A stretch of 64,000 nt of DNA from a virus (lineage: Duplodnaviria > Caudoviricetes). This document shows, piece after piece, positions 39,714-47,239 of this stretch (the stretch's first letter is position 1; the number at the start of each line of letters is the position of its first letter). Under the pieces are notes generated by a model. The model was given only the letters and a program-made list of their open reading frames with translations. It did no database searches and was not told where the DNA came from. A program made the translations under genes and the position numbers. The stretch is taken from positions 17,209 to 81,208 of the IMG/VR virus record IMGVR_UViG_3300032138_000009, one strand, 5' to 3'.

Positions 39714-40403
39714 TCATATCCATTTTTCCCTTGCTCTCCGTAAGTCTAACACATTGTTATCAACTAAACGCACAGCAATACTTTTTAGTTCCTTGTCTTC
39801 TATACCACTAAAGTGGTCCTTCAATAAAAGGAACAAGTCTATTAGAGATATAGGTTCTCCATCTTTATCTTTAAGAAATTCTACTACTTCTTCAGGAACA
39901 ACCCATTTATATTCTTGTTCCTCAGAGTTTAATAGAGAGGGTCTATACTTCTCAGCCACGAAAGGTTTTTTATCTAGTATATTAATATTATACCCCTTTA
40001 CTGGCCTTCCAGTAGATGTTTTTATCTTACCTCTTTCAATTTCAAAAACTATATCTGTAGGGTTTTTATTATCATTTATTATATTAGTAAAAAGCTTTTG
40101 AAAAAGTGTGTGGGTGGCAAGAGTAACTGATAAATACGATACTTCTGTTATACCTCCACCACTGTAGTGGCTTTGGTCATGATAAACCCCGTAAGTAAAT
40201 TCGTTTATCTTAGCTACTCCTTGCACACAAAAAACACATTCACCTTCCTTTGCCCAACATTTTGTTCTCTTTCCACTCCCTTGATTCCAATGTTTTACTC
40301 TATGGATAGGAGATATAAAAGCGAATTGGACAAGAGTCTTCATCGACTCTTCTAACCATACTCTTTGACTTCTCTGTGACTGAATAAAATCGCTATAACT
40401 CAT
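39714..40403 (-). CDS. Putative ssDNA-binding protein (gp32-like Zn motif)
   Basis: H-W...C...CVFC spacing similar to the T4 gp32 Zn site; lies in the replication cluster. Confidence 0.45.
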   Translation of the reverse strand: MSYSDFIQSQRSQRVWLEESMKTLVQFAFISPIHRVKHWNQGSGKRTKCWAKEGECVFCVQGVAKINEFTYGVYHDQSHYSGGGITEVSYLSVTLATHTLFQKLFTNIINDNKNPTDIVFEIERGKIKTSTGRPVKGYNINILDKKPFVAEKYRPSLLNSEEQEYKWVVPEEVVEFLKDKDGEPISLIDLFLLLKDHFSGIEDKELKSIAVRLVDNNVLDLRRAREKWI

Positions 40404-40804
40404 TTAATGGTTATCTTTTTACCATCCAAACTTTTATCTTTCTGGATTTTAATATCTAATACACCATTATTTAAATTAGCTGTTACGTCATCAGGATTTA
40501 ACATAGTCTCAAATCTCTTTTCAAAACTATAATCTCTTCCTTCTGTCTCAGCCTTTACAGATACTTTAAACTTACTAACATTCAAATCTATATCTTTCTT
40601 TTGGACACCGGGCATATCTATGGTGAGGGTTATGTTATGTTTATTATCTTCCCAATCACCTATATCTTTCTCTTCTCGCATAGAAGGAACTTGTATGCCT
40701 GAAAAACGTGGACGACCTTCATACCATCCTCCAGTTTTTTCCATCATATCCATCCAAGTATCCATTATCTCTCCCAAAGCCTCATCTATAGGATTCTTTT
40801 TCAT
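40400..40804 (-). CDS. hsp20: Small heat-shock protein (Hsp20/alpha-crystallin)
   Basis: IDMPGVQKKDIDL...ANLNNGVLDIKI. Confidence 0.88.
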   Translation of the reverse strand: MKKNPIDEALGEIMDTWMDMMEKTGGWYEGRPRFSGIQVPSMREEKDIGDWEDNKHNITLTIDMPGVQKKDIDLNVSKFKVSVKAETEGRDYSFEKRFETMLNPDDVTANLNNGVLDIKIQKDKSLDGKKITIK

Positions 40805-40806
40805 AT

Positions 40807-41028
40807 CTAATCCTCTATCTTTGATACTTTTTGGTCTACTCTTTTCATCACACGGAAGTATGGCTTACTTGCACCTTCTTTCCAATATGAGTTTCTGAAC
40901 ATAACATACTCTTCACCAGCTTCATTCTTGCCTGTGTAGTATACGTTTCCGTTCTTATCTGTGTTCCGGAACAATCCGGCTACCAATTCTAGTTCTGTCT
41001 TTTTTCTTTCTTCTGACATACTTCTCAC
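40807..41028 (-). CDS. Small beta-rich protein (DUF736-like)
   Basis: VAGLFRNTDKNGNVYYTG...KPYFRV. Confidence 0.45.
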   Translation of the reverse strand: MRSMSEERKKTELELVAGLFRNTDKNGNVYYTGKNEAGEEYVMFRNSYWKEGASKPYFRVMKRVDQKVSKIED

Positions 41029-41234
41029 TCCATACCCAGAGTTACTGGGTTATTTAAAGCTTTCGCTTTCACTATCTTTCCAGTTTTAGCATCTACATAT
41101 GCTCCAAACTTCGACACCTGTATCTCTTCTACAGGTTCTATCTTACTTTTTTTGTAGTCTTTATGTCTGGGTGCAGGACAATCTATATCATCCTTAATAC
41201 TACCCATACATATACCACAGAGTCGCCTAGCCAT
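41025..41234 (-). CDS. Putative zinc-finger micro-protein
   Basis: CGIC...C....H. Confidence 0.5.
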   Translation of the reverse strand: MARRLCGICMGSIKDDIDCPAPRHKDYKKSKIEPVEEIQVSKFGAYVDAKTGKIVKAKALNNPVTLGME

Positions 41235-41505
41235 AGTGTCTGCTTACGTCTCCTTGTTGATTCATCTGCTGAATATTAATCTCTAACAATTTATCACCAT
41301 ACTTTTCCATTAGTTTATCTAAGGTAGAGGTGAAAATATCACTAACATCTATATTTCTATCTGGAACCAACTCCATATGGAAAGTTCCTATTCTCATAAC
41401 ATGTGTCATCTGAGTATCTTTCTTTGCAGTTTCTATCTTAGCTGCTATTAGTTCACTTGCCATATCTGCTATGGCTCCTGTATCATTAGAAGACGAATCG
41501 GTCAT
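41227..41505 (-). CDS. Hypothetical protein (92 aa)
   Basis: Coupled ORF. Confidence 0.5.
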   Translation of the reverse strand: MTDSSSNDTGAIADMASELIAAKIETAKKDTQMTHVMRIGTFHMELVPDRNIDVSDIFTSTLDKLMEKYGDKLLEINIQQMNQQGDVSRHYG

Positions 41506-41752
41506 CTACTAACTCCAGTTTTATTAATACCTTTCTTAGGTTTTTTATCATTCCTTGCGTCTCTCCTATATCATTAGATAGGTGACTTATCTTATCATCA
41601 AGAAACTCTATACGTTCTACGACATCTTCTATGTTCTTCATAAAAGGATACCAATTACTTTCTTCTTCGTATCTTTGAGTTCTTCTGATTATTCCGTCTG
41701 CCCACATTGTATGGCTTTCTTCCGTTTCTTTTTCCTCTTGTTTCGTTCTCAT
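41486..41752 (-). CDS. Coiled-coil hypothetical protein
   Basis: Heptad repeats. Confidence 0.5.
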   Translation of the reverse strand: MRTKQEEKETEESHTMWADGIIRRTQRYEEESNWYPFMKNIEDVVERIEFLDDKISHLSNDIGETQGMIKNLRKVLIKLELVDDRFVF

Positions 41753-42014
41753 ATTTATTCCTCTTTAATGTTTTCATTAATATCTTATTCTTGCGTGGGT
41801 TTATGTGATAGTCTTGACCTGTCCATGCGTCTTTGTAATATCTTACATATCCCATCCAATAATCTCTACAGTTTTCTTCAGTAGGTTCTAAACCTCTTAT
41901 CTTACACTTCTCCATAAGACGCTGAACCATCTTATTTGTCTTACCTTTAGCCCATATGCGTTCAAAGGCTTCCCATCTTTCATTACGTCGTGGTTGTTTA
42001 TTCTCTTCAGTCAT
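41655..42014 (-). CDS. Basic hypothetical protein (119 aa)
   Basis: ORF with a basic tail overlapping the next gene. Confidence 0.5.
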   Translation of the reverse strand: MTEENKQPRRNERWEAFERIWAKGKTNKMVQRLMEKCKIRGLEPTEENCRDYWMGYVRYYKDAWTGQDYHINPRKNKILMKTLKRNKYENETRGKRNGRKPYNVGRRNNQKNSKIRRRK

Positions 42015-42099
42015 CCTTTATACTCCCACAGTGAGGACAATTAAAGTTATGAGCTTTCTTCATACCTATATAGTCTCCACCACATCTTATACATCTCAT
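42007..42099 (-). CDS. Zinc-ribbon micro-protein (30 aa; CIRCG...CPHCG)
   Basis: ATGA coupling at both ends; C(P)xCG motifs. Confidence 0.6.
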   Translation of the reverse strand: MRCIRCGGDYIGMKKAHNFNCPHCGSIKDD

Positions 42100-42277
42100 A
42101 ACCAATACACTCCTATTATCATTCCAAAGCCTAAGCCAAATAGGAATCCAGATAACATATCTAATTGTTGATTAGTCATATAGACCAATCCCTAATTCTT
42201 CTTCAGCCATCTCTACAGCTATATCAAATAAATATTCACTCGTTAAGCATAACTCACGAGCCATAGCTAATACTTTT

Positions 42278-42481
42278 TCATTCATAGTGTTTCCTCACTT
42301 CTTTCTTTATAGTATCACGAACAGCATCTTCTATCTGTTGCCCGAAAAGATTTAAAAACATTTCGGCTTGTTTAGTTGTTATTAGTCTATCTCTTTCTCT
42401 TATTATATGCCTAACCATTGAAGGTGTTATTCTTATAACTATAAGTCTTTCTTCTATCATACTAATAACCTCGTATAACAT
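42278..42481 (-). CDS. Hypothetical protein
   Basis: ORF track; operon direction. Confidence 0.45.
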   Translation of the reverse strand: MLYEVISMIEERLIVIRITPSMVRHIIRERDRLITTKQAEMFLNLFGQQIEDAVRDTIKKEVRKHYE

Positions 42482-42569
42482 ACATAACAGTAAGGACTAC
42501 CATTAGTATCTTTGTATTTAACATAGTTTAGTGCTAACTTGCATCTGCACGTGTTACAATCTACTGTGT

Positions 42570-42911
42570 TCATCCAAACATACCATTAGCTGTATTATCT
42601 AAATCCATATTGATTTTATCGAGTGCGGCCATACGTTTCTCTACCTCACCCATTCTACCTTTAGCATTAGATAACATCATTTCAAAGACTTTAACTAAGG
42701 CTAATACAGACATCTCTTGCCATCTGTTAAGTTTATAATACTTATTAACCTTTTTTAAGTTTGGCCCTATCGCTGTTATTTCTAACTCATTAAATACCTT
42801 TACTAGAAGTTCCCACTCTTCTATCTCTTCTTCAGACATTAAATCTTTAAGAGATAAAACAGCATCTTCATCATTGTATTGGGCTAAGAACCCATCGAGT
42901 AACTCACCCAT
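42570..42911 (-). CDS. Hypothetical protein (113 aa)
   Basis: Helical ORF. Confidence 0.55.
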   Translation of the reverse strand: MGELLDGFLAQYNDEDAVLSLKDLMSEEEIEEWELLVKVFNELEITAIGPNLKKVNKYYKLNRWQEMSVLALVKVFEMMLSNAKGRMGEVEKRMAALDKINMDLDNTANGMFG

Positions 42912-42913
42912 AT

Positions 42914-43219
42914 TTAAATGACCATTCGGTCTATACGGTAAGCTCTAACATGTTGAGGGTATTGATTTGCATATTGTTTAAGGTTGTATCTATTATCTAC
43001 ACCCACAGCATATACCATACCTTCACTTGATACTCTTACATCTTCTACTAAGATATTTCTAACTGACTTACTATCACTATCATGTTTCCATGTAGTAAAA
43101 TCGAAAGCAGTTCTATTCTCAGGATTATACCTGAAGCTGACTTGTTTGTGGTTTCCTGTTCGCTGATAGTGTTCAGCCGCTTTGTAAACCATATCAAATA
43201 TTTTTGTTCTCATTGACAT
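42914..43219 (-). CDS. Stand-alone WYL-domain-like protein
   Basis: VSFRY...R.I...D....YAVGVD....VRAYRIDRM matches the WYL pattern. Confidence 0.6.
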   Translation of the reverse strand: MSMRTKIFDMVYKAAEHYQRTGNHKQVSFRYNPENRTAFDFTTWKHDSDSKSVRNILVEDVRVSSEGMVYAVGVDNRYNLKQYANQYPQHVRAYRIDRMVI

Positions 43220-43329
43220 AACCTAACAGTGTCTAAAGGGTATTTAAAGCTTTCCCCAACCCCCATATCACTGATTGAATCATATAGACCCTTAACTGGT
43301 CTATCCTTGAAATCTCTAATGGGATGATA

Positions 43330-43461
43330 TCACTCATAGTTCATAGTTTTTTCGTTATAGGTAAACTTTTTGGGCGTGCATACAACACACCTCCATTTAC
43401 CTTCAGCATCTATAACTATAGCTCTGCCATCGCATCTATCACATCTACTTCTTGTTAACAT
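43330..43461 (-). CDS. Zinc-finger micro-protein (43 aa; CDRC...CVVC)
   Basis: GAGGGG SD; two CxxC pairs. Confidence 0.6.
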   Translation of the reverse strand: MLTRSRCDRCDGRAIVIDAEGKWRCVVCTPKKFTYNEKTMNYE

Positions 43462-43469
43462 ATTCCCCC

Positions 43470-43736
43470 TCATGTAAACCATAAATAGTAACCTATTACA
43501 GTTAAACATATTAGGTTGCCTACAGTATATAATAGTATCTCTCTTATACTATAATCTTTCTTTTTAGTCATTACTTTCCTTTGAACTGCTTGAACACTCT
43601 TCACTTGGAAATGAGGTATAGCGTTCCAGCACTCATCACATAGATATGCTCTAATGTGTGGTTCCTCAGACATATAGTGTATCTTACATCTATTACAGTT
43701 ATGCCATAATGCTTTGTAGTATGTGGGTTTATCCAT
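43470..43736 (-). CDS. Zinc finger plus C-terminal TM protein
   Basis: CNRC...CDEC; hydrophobic C-terminus. Confidence 0.6.
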   Translation of the reverse strand: MDKPTYYKALWHNCNRCKIHYMSEEPHIRAYLCDECWNAIPHFQVKSVQAVQRKVMTKKKDYSIREILLYTVGNLICLTVIGYYLWFT

Positions 43737-43917
43737 AAAAATTATCCTTTGGTGCTTTATCTCTACCTAATCCTTTAGCATAACAGTCATCACATACATA
43801 TACTTTAAAACTCGATGACCATAAAGTTACTCTATGGCAGTATATACATTCTAATCTTTTACTTTCTTTCATTTGCTTACCCTCCATAGGTAATACTCTA
43901 TAACTAGGAATGTCCAT
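43729..43917 (-). CDS. Zinc-finger micro-protein (CIYC...CDDC)
   Basis: Two CxxC pairs; true start may be ~43872. Confidence 0.55.
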   Translation of the reverse strand: MDIPSYRVLPMEGKQMKESKRLECIYCHRVTLWSSSFKVYVCDDCYAKGLGRDKAPKDNFYG

Positions 43918-43978
43918 ATCACTCCAAAGAATATTATATCTAAATGGTTTGGGCTATCATATTCACTTAGTCTTTCAA

Positions 43979-44512
43979 TCATTTTATAATCTGTTCATAT
44001 ACTTTCTGTAAGTTCCATCTCAGTGGTGCTTTCAACCGTTCTATAGGGATAGCATGCTTATCAAACCAATCCCATTTAACACTCTTATGTTTATATTTTT
44101 TACTATATAAATATTTGGCTTGAGCTGGTGTTATAGCCCATGCTTTCTTGTTTCTAAATTCTTCTCTTCTGATACATATAAGCGATATACCGCCCTTCCT
44201 CACTAACTGCTCTCCTTCCTTTATCTGATGAGCAGCGATAGAACGGCCACTACCATACCATAGAGGAAAGCTAGTAAGGTTCCTACTAGTTTTAGCCTCA
44301 AGCATAATTGGTCTTCCTCTGTATACGCTAAAGAAGTCTGCTGGTTGTTTCTCTGCAACAGCAATCTTAACGAATCTGTTAATGTCATTTGTATCTTGTA
44401 TCCTAAACCACCATATATGTTTAGCACTTCTCAGCGACCTACGTATCTCATTCTCAAAATTTTTCCCTGTATCTCCCTTTCTCTTTCGTTTTACCATAGT
44501 TAGTAGCTCCAT
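43979..44512 (-). CDS. Holliday junction resolvase (Hjc/RecU-type PD-(D/E)XK)
   Basis: GKNFENEI...PADF...LEAKTS. Confidence 0.8.
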   Translation of the reverse strand: MELLTMVKRKRKGDTGKNFENEIRRSLRSAKHIWWFRIQDTNDINRFVKIAVAEKQPADFFSVYRGRPIMLEAKTSRNLTSFPLWYGSGRSIAAHQIKEGEQLVRKGGISLICIRREEFRNKKAWAITPAQAKYLYSKKYKHKSVKWDWFDKHAIPIERLKAPLRWNLQKVYEQIIK

Positions 44513-44592
44513 TGAGCCATTATAGGCTTAATATATATATCTATAGGGGCTATATATAGCTTGTGTAATAGAACATGCATAATAGAGCCTCT

Positions 44593-44715
44593 TCAAAAGA
44601 AGTCTAAGATATCCAATATTCCTACTGAACAGGTCGCACATTGTCCTGCATATAAATCTGCTTCTGCTAATGATATTCGTTTAGCACACATACGGCAGTA
44701 TCTATCTATCATCAT
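44593..44715 (-). CDS. Zinc-finger micro-protein (40 aa; CRMC...CATC)
   Basis: ATGA-coupled to the ligase stop. Confidence 0.6.
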   Translation of the reverse strand: MMIDRYCRMCAKRISLAEADLYAGQCATCSVGILDILDFF

Positions 44716-45542
44716 CTATATTCCTCTGGAAATTGCTCAAAGGTGCATTCTTCAGGAGTCTTATCATATCTCCACATCTTAAACTTAGGATGCCTTATAC
44801 TTCCTGAAGGATACCACCCATTACCTTTAGCAGTAAAGACTGTGCCTATCTGTGCTTCGGGTTTCTCAGTAAATAACTTACGTTGAGTATCAGTTAGACC
44901 CCCACATGTCACATATACTTCTTTGTCAGCTAACGTTCCTATAACTGCACCAACCTGTCCTTCATATTTAGTTCCTTTATCAGCAGGTCTGAAACCCACA
45001 CAAGTATAATCTACTTCTACTACTGTTTTCATTCTAGCCCAAGCATTCTTATCACTATAAAAACTACTACTATTCTTAAAGACTAGACCTTCATACCCTT
45101 CATCCATAACATACCTATTCCATGCAATTTTCCATTTAGGTGTTCTCCATGTTTTCAAAGGATATACAAATCCAAAATTATTTTCTCGTAATACATGTCT
45201 ATCTAAAGTATTTAATCTCTCAGCTAAAGGTTCTTCTGTTAAATCCTGTCCTTTATATTTCACACAGTCAAAGGCATAGAAGTGTCCATCACAGTCATGT
45301 CTATGCGCCCAATGACTATTCTTCATAAACTCACCAAGTATCATAGTCTCATCTTTCTCATATGTGTCCAGATGTCCTGATGCCTTTAGTTTCCCTGTTC
45401 GAGAATATATATTCCATTCTCCGTAAGACATAACCATACATCCCCACATACCATCCATCTTTAACTGAACTATGTCATACTCTTCAGGTATAGTCATACC
45501 GTCATAGTATCTCAACTCTTTAAACTTTGGCCTATCCATCAT
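44712..45542 (-). CDS. lig: Minimal ATP-dependent DNA ligase
   Basis: KMDG (motif I), YAFD, EGLVFK, RMK, SIRHPKF. Confidence 0.9.
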   Translation of the reverse strand: MMDRPKFKELRYYDGMTIPEEYDIVQLKMDGMWGCMVMSYGEWNIYSRTGKLKASGHLDTYEKDETMILGEFMKNSHWAHRHDCDGHFYAFDCVKYKGQDLTEEPLAERLNTLDRHVLRENNFGFVYPLKTWRTPKWKIAWNRYVMDEGYEGLVFKNSSSFYSDKNAWARMKTVVEVDYTCVGFRPADKGTKYEGQVGAVIGTLADKEVYVTCGGLTDTQRKLFTEKPEAQIGTVFTAKGNGWYPSGSIRHPKFKMWRYDKTPEECTFEQFPEEYR

Positions 45543-45718
45543 AGTTGGTCACGCATATAATCCCTAACCATCTTTATACTATCTCTTAAAGATTCATTAT
45601 CCGTAATCTCAGCTACTTCAAAATCTAAATCAGCTATAAACATAGACATTACTCTCGGTGTCATATAGTCCTTGAGTATTTTTAATATGTGTAATGCTTC
45701 TGTCCTACTTGTTACCAT
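45539..45718 (-). CDS. Small hypothetical protein (59 aa)
   Basis: ATGA-coupled to the ligase start. Confidence 0.5.
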   Translation of the reverse strand: MVTSRTEALHILKILKDYMTPRVMSMFIADLDFEVAEITDNESLRDSIKMVRDYMRDQL

Positions 45719-45793
45719 AGTTTCTCGGTCTCAATATCATCTTTTTCTTGCTACGCCCTAAGCGTTTATCCATCCATACTAATAGTTCTCTTA

Positions 45794-45973
45794 TCATTCT
45801 TCTTCCTCGTCTAAATCAGGTTTCCATATACCATTATCCACTATACCTTTAAGCCATTCATCTTGATATCTCAGTGGCATTTGATAATGTATTATCTCGG
45901 CTATCGTGCTGATAGCGAATTTCAGTGCTTCTATCTCTTCGTTCTTTATCTTTTGATACTCTTGTATTTTCAT
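45794..45973 (-). CDS. Small hypothetical protein
   Basis: AGGAG SD before ATG 45973; TATA at ~46007. Confidence 0.5.
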   Translation of the reverse strand: MKIQEYQKIKNEEIEALKFAISTIAEIIHYQMPLRYQDEWLKGIVDNGIWKPDLDEEEE

Positions 45974-46018
45974 TTTTGTTTCTCCTAATATCATAATATT
46001 TCATTTTATTTAAAGGTT

Positions 46019-46491
46019 GTGGTAGAGAGAGATATAACCCAAAACAAAACTAAGAGATGTTCTCACATCAACACATCTATATACTTATCTTAACTACCGC
46101 TTAGGCTGTTGTGCAGGGGTATATGTGCTATCAGTATACCACAGCCATCCTTGTTTATCACTCGCAATGAGCTTACTCCTTGATGCTTGAAAGGTATACC
46201 TGCGTTCTCGGTCTAAGTAAAGATGTGTGTTCTCATAACTGTGAACGTATATCTTTATCTCCTCACCAGCAGAACGCTTTGATAGGTCTCGCTTGACGTA
46301 AAGGTAGACGCATAATGATTAGCTAATCTCCTTTACTTGGTTCTCTTATAGGTATCACCATATTGATACCATACCTATCTCATAGTGTTTAGTCCTACTC
46401 ATCCTACTTATAGATAGAGGTAGGGGTGGCCTTGTGTTATCACTATGTATATCTCAGTGGCTTCTGGGCGTATGATTCAAGTCTCTACCAC
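46019..46491 (+). ncRNA. Candidate large structured non-coding RNA (strand inferred from G-U pairs)
   Basis: No ORF in the track; nested long-range helices of 10, 8 and 7 bp plus several local hairpins, found by eye. Confidence 0.55.
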
Positions 46492-46526
46492 TTTAGTGGG
46501 ATAGAAGCGGAAAAAGGAGGTAAAAT

Positions 46527-46580
46527 ATGAGCCAACAAAAAAATGTTGTATTCCACTTCTATCCTATCACTGTGTTTTGA
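46527..46580 (+). CDS. Possible 17-aa peptide MSQQKNVVFHFYPITVF
   Basis: Perfect AAGGAGGT SD at 46514-46521. Confidence 0.3.
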   Translation: MSQQKNVVFHFYPITVF

Positions 46581-46839
46581 GTTTATCGTATGCTATTCCC
46601 ATAGCATCTTGTATTTGTTTCTGTGTTCTTATACGGCCATCAGAAGTATATAGGTTCAGTCCGTTATCAGATATAACTTCGTTAATCTCTTCAGCAGACC
46701 ATTTCTTATCTCCATACTTCTCATGACATATAGCCTTGATGAGTTTCATGCGAGGCTTCCCTAACTTTCCTATTACATTCATGCCCATATAAACATCCAC
46801 ATCCATATCATTATGAAGAAACCAATAAGCATATACCAC
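46567..46839 (-). CDS. Hypothetical protein (90 aa)
   Basis: GAGG SD; typical composition. Confidence 0.5.
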   Translation of the reverse strand: MVYAYWFLHNDMDVDVYMGMNVIGKLGKPRMKLIKAICHEKYGDKKWSAEEINEVISDNGLNLYTSDGRIRTQKQIQDAMGIAYDKLKTQ

Positions 46840-46870
46840 ATAGCCTCTTCCATATGAGGCGGCCCTGTTA

Positions 46871-47239
46871 TTATTTCTTTGGCCGCCACGCTACCTCACT
46901 ACCCCATTCAGAACTATTCCTATCAGTCATATCTTCAGGAAAAGCCCCATACTTCTCAGCATACTTCATAGCGTATAGACTTTCTAAGTAGAAGGCTTCC
47001 CCTCTACTTATTCCACTATGCAGAACATTCATCCGCATATTATATCCACTCTTCATATGTCCAGAACCGTATCTTTGTTCGGGATTCTTTGTTATACCAT
47101 ATTTTAGTATCTTTCTATCGAAGTTCACGTCATATGCTACGTTGTCGTTATCTAATGCTTCCATTACATACATCTCGTAGACATAACAATGGCCCTCTGT
47201 CTTTAACTCACTTACTTTATCTGTTTGTTCAAAGTTCAT
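46871..47239 (-). CDS. GIY-YIG-like nuclease domain protein
   Basis: CYVY...LKYGITKNPEQRY...LE. Confidence 0.6.
   Translation of the reverse strand: MNFEQTDKVSELKTEGHCYVYEMYVMEALDNDNVAYDVNFDRKILKYGITKNPEQRYGSGHMKSGYNMRMNVLHSGISRGEAFYLESLYAMKYAEKYGAFPEDMTDRNSSEWGSEVAWRPKK

Noticed and set aside
46019-46491. Group I/II intron, RNase P, SRP, tmRNA or retron identity for the structured region
   Set aside because: I could not find the P7, domain V, RNase P or SRP consensus motifs; it interrupts no gene and there is no RT nearby. Left unassigned.
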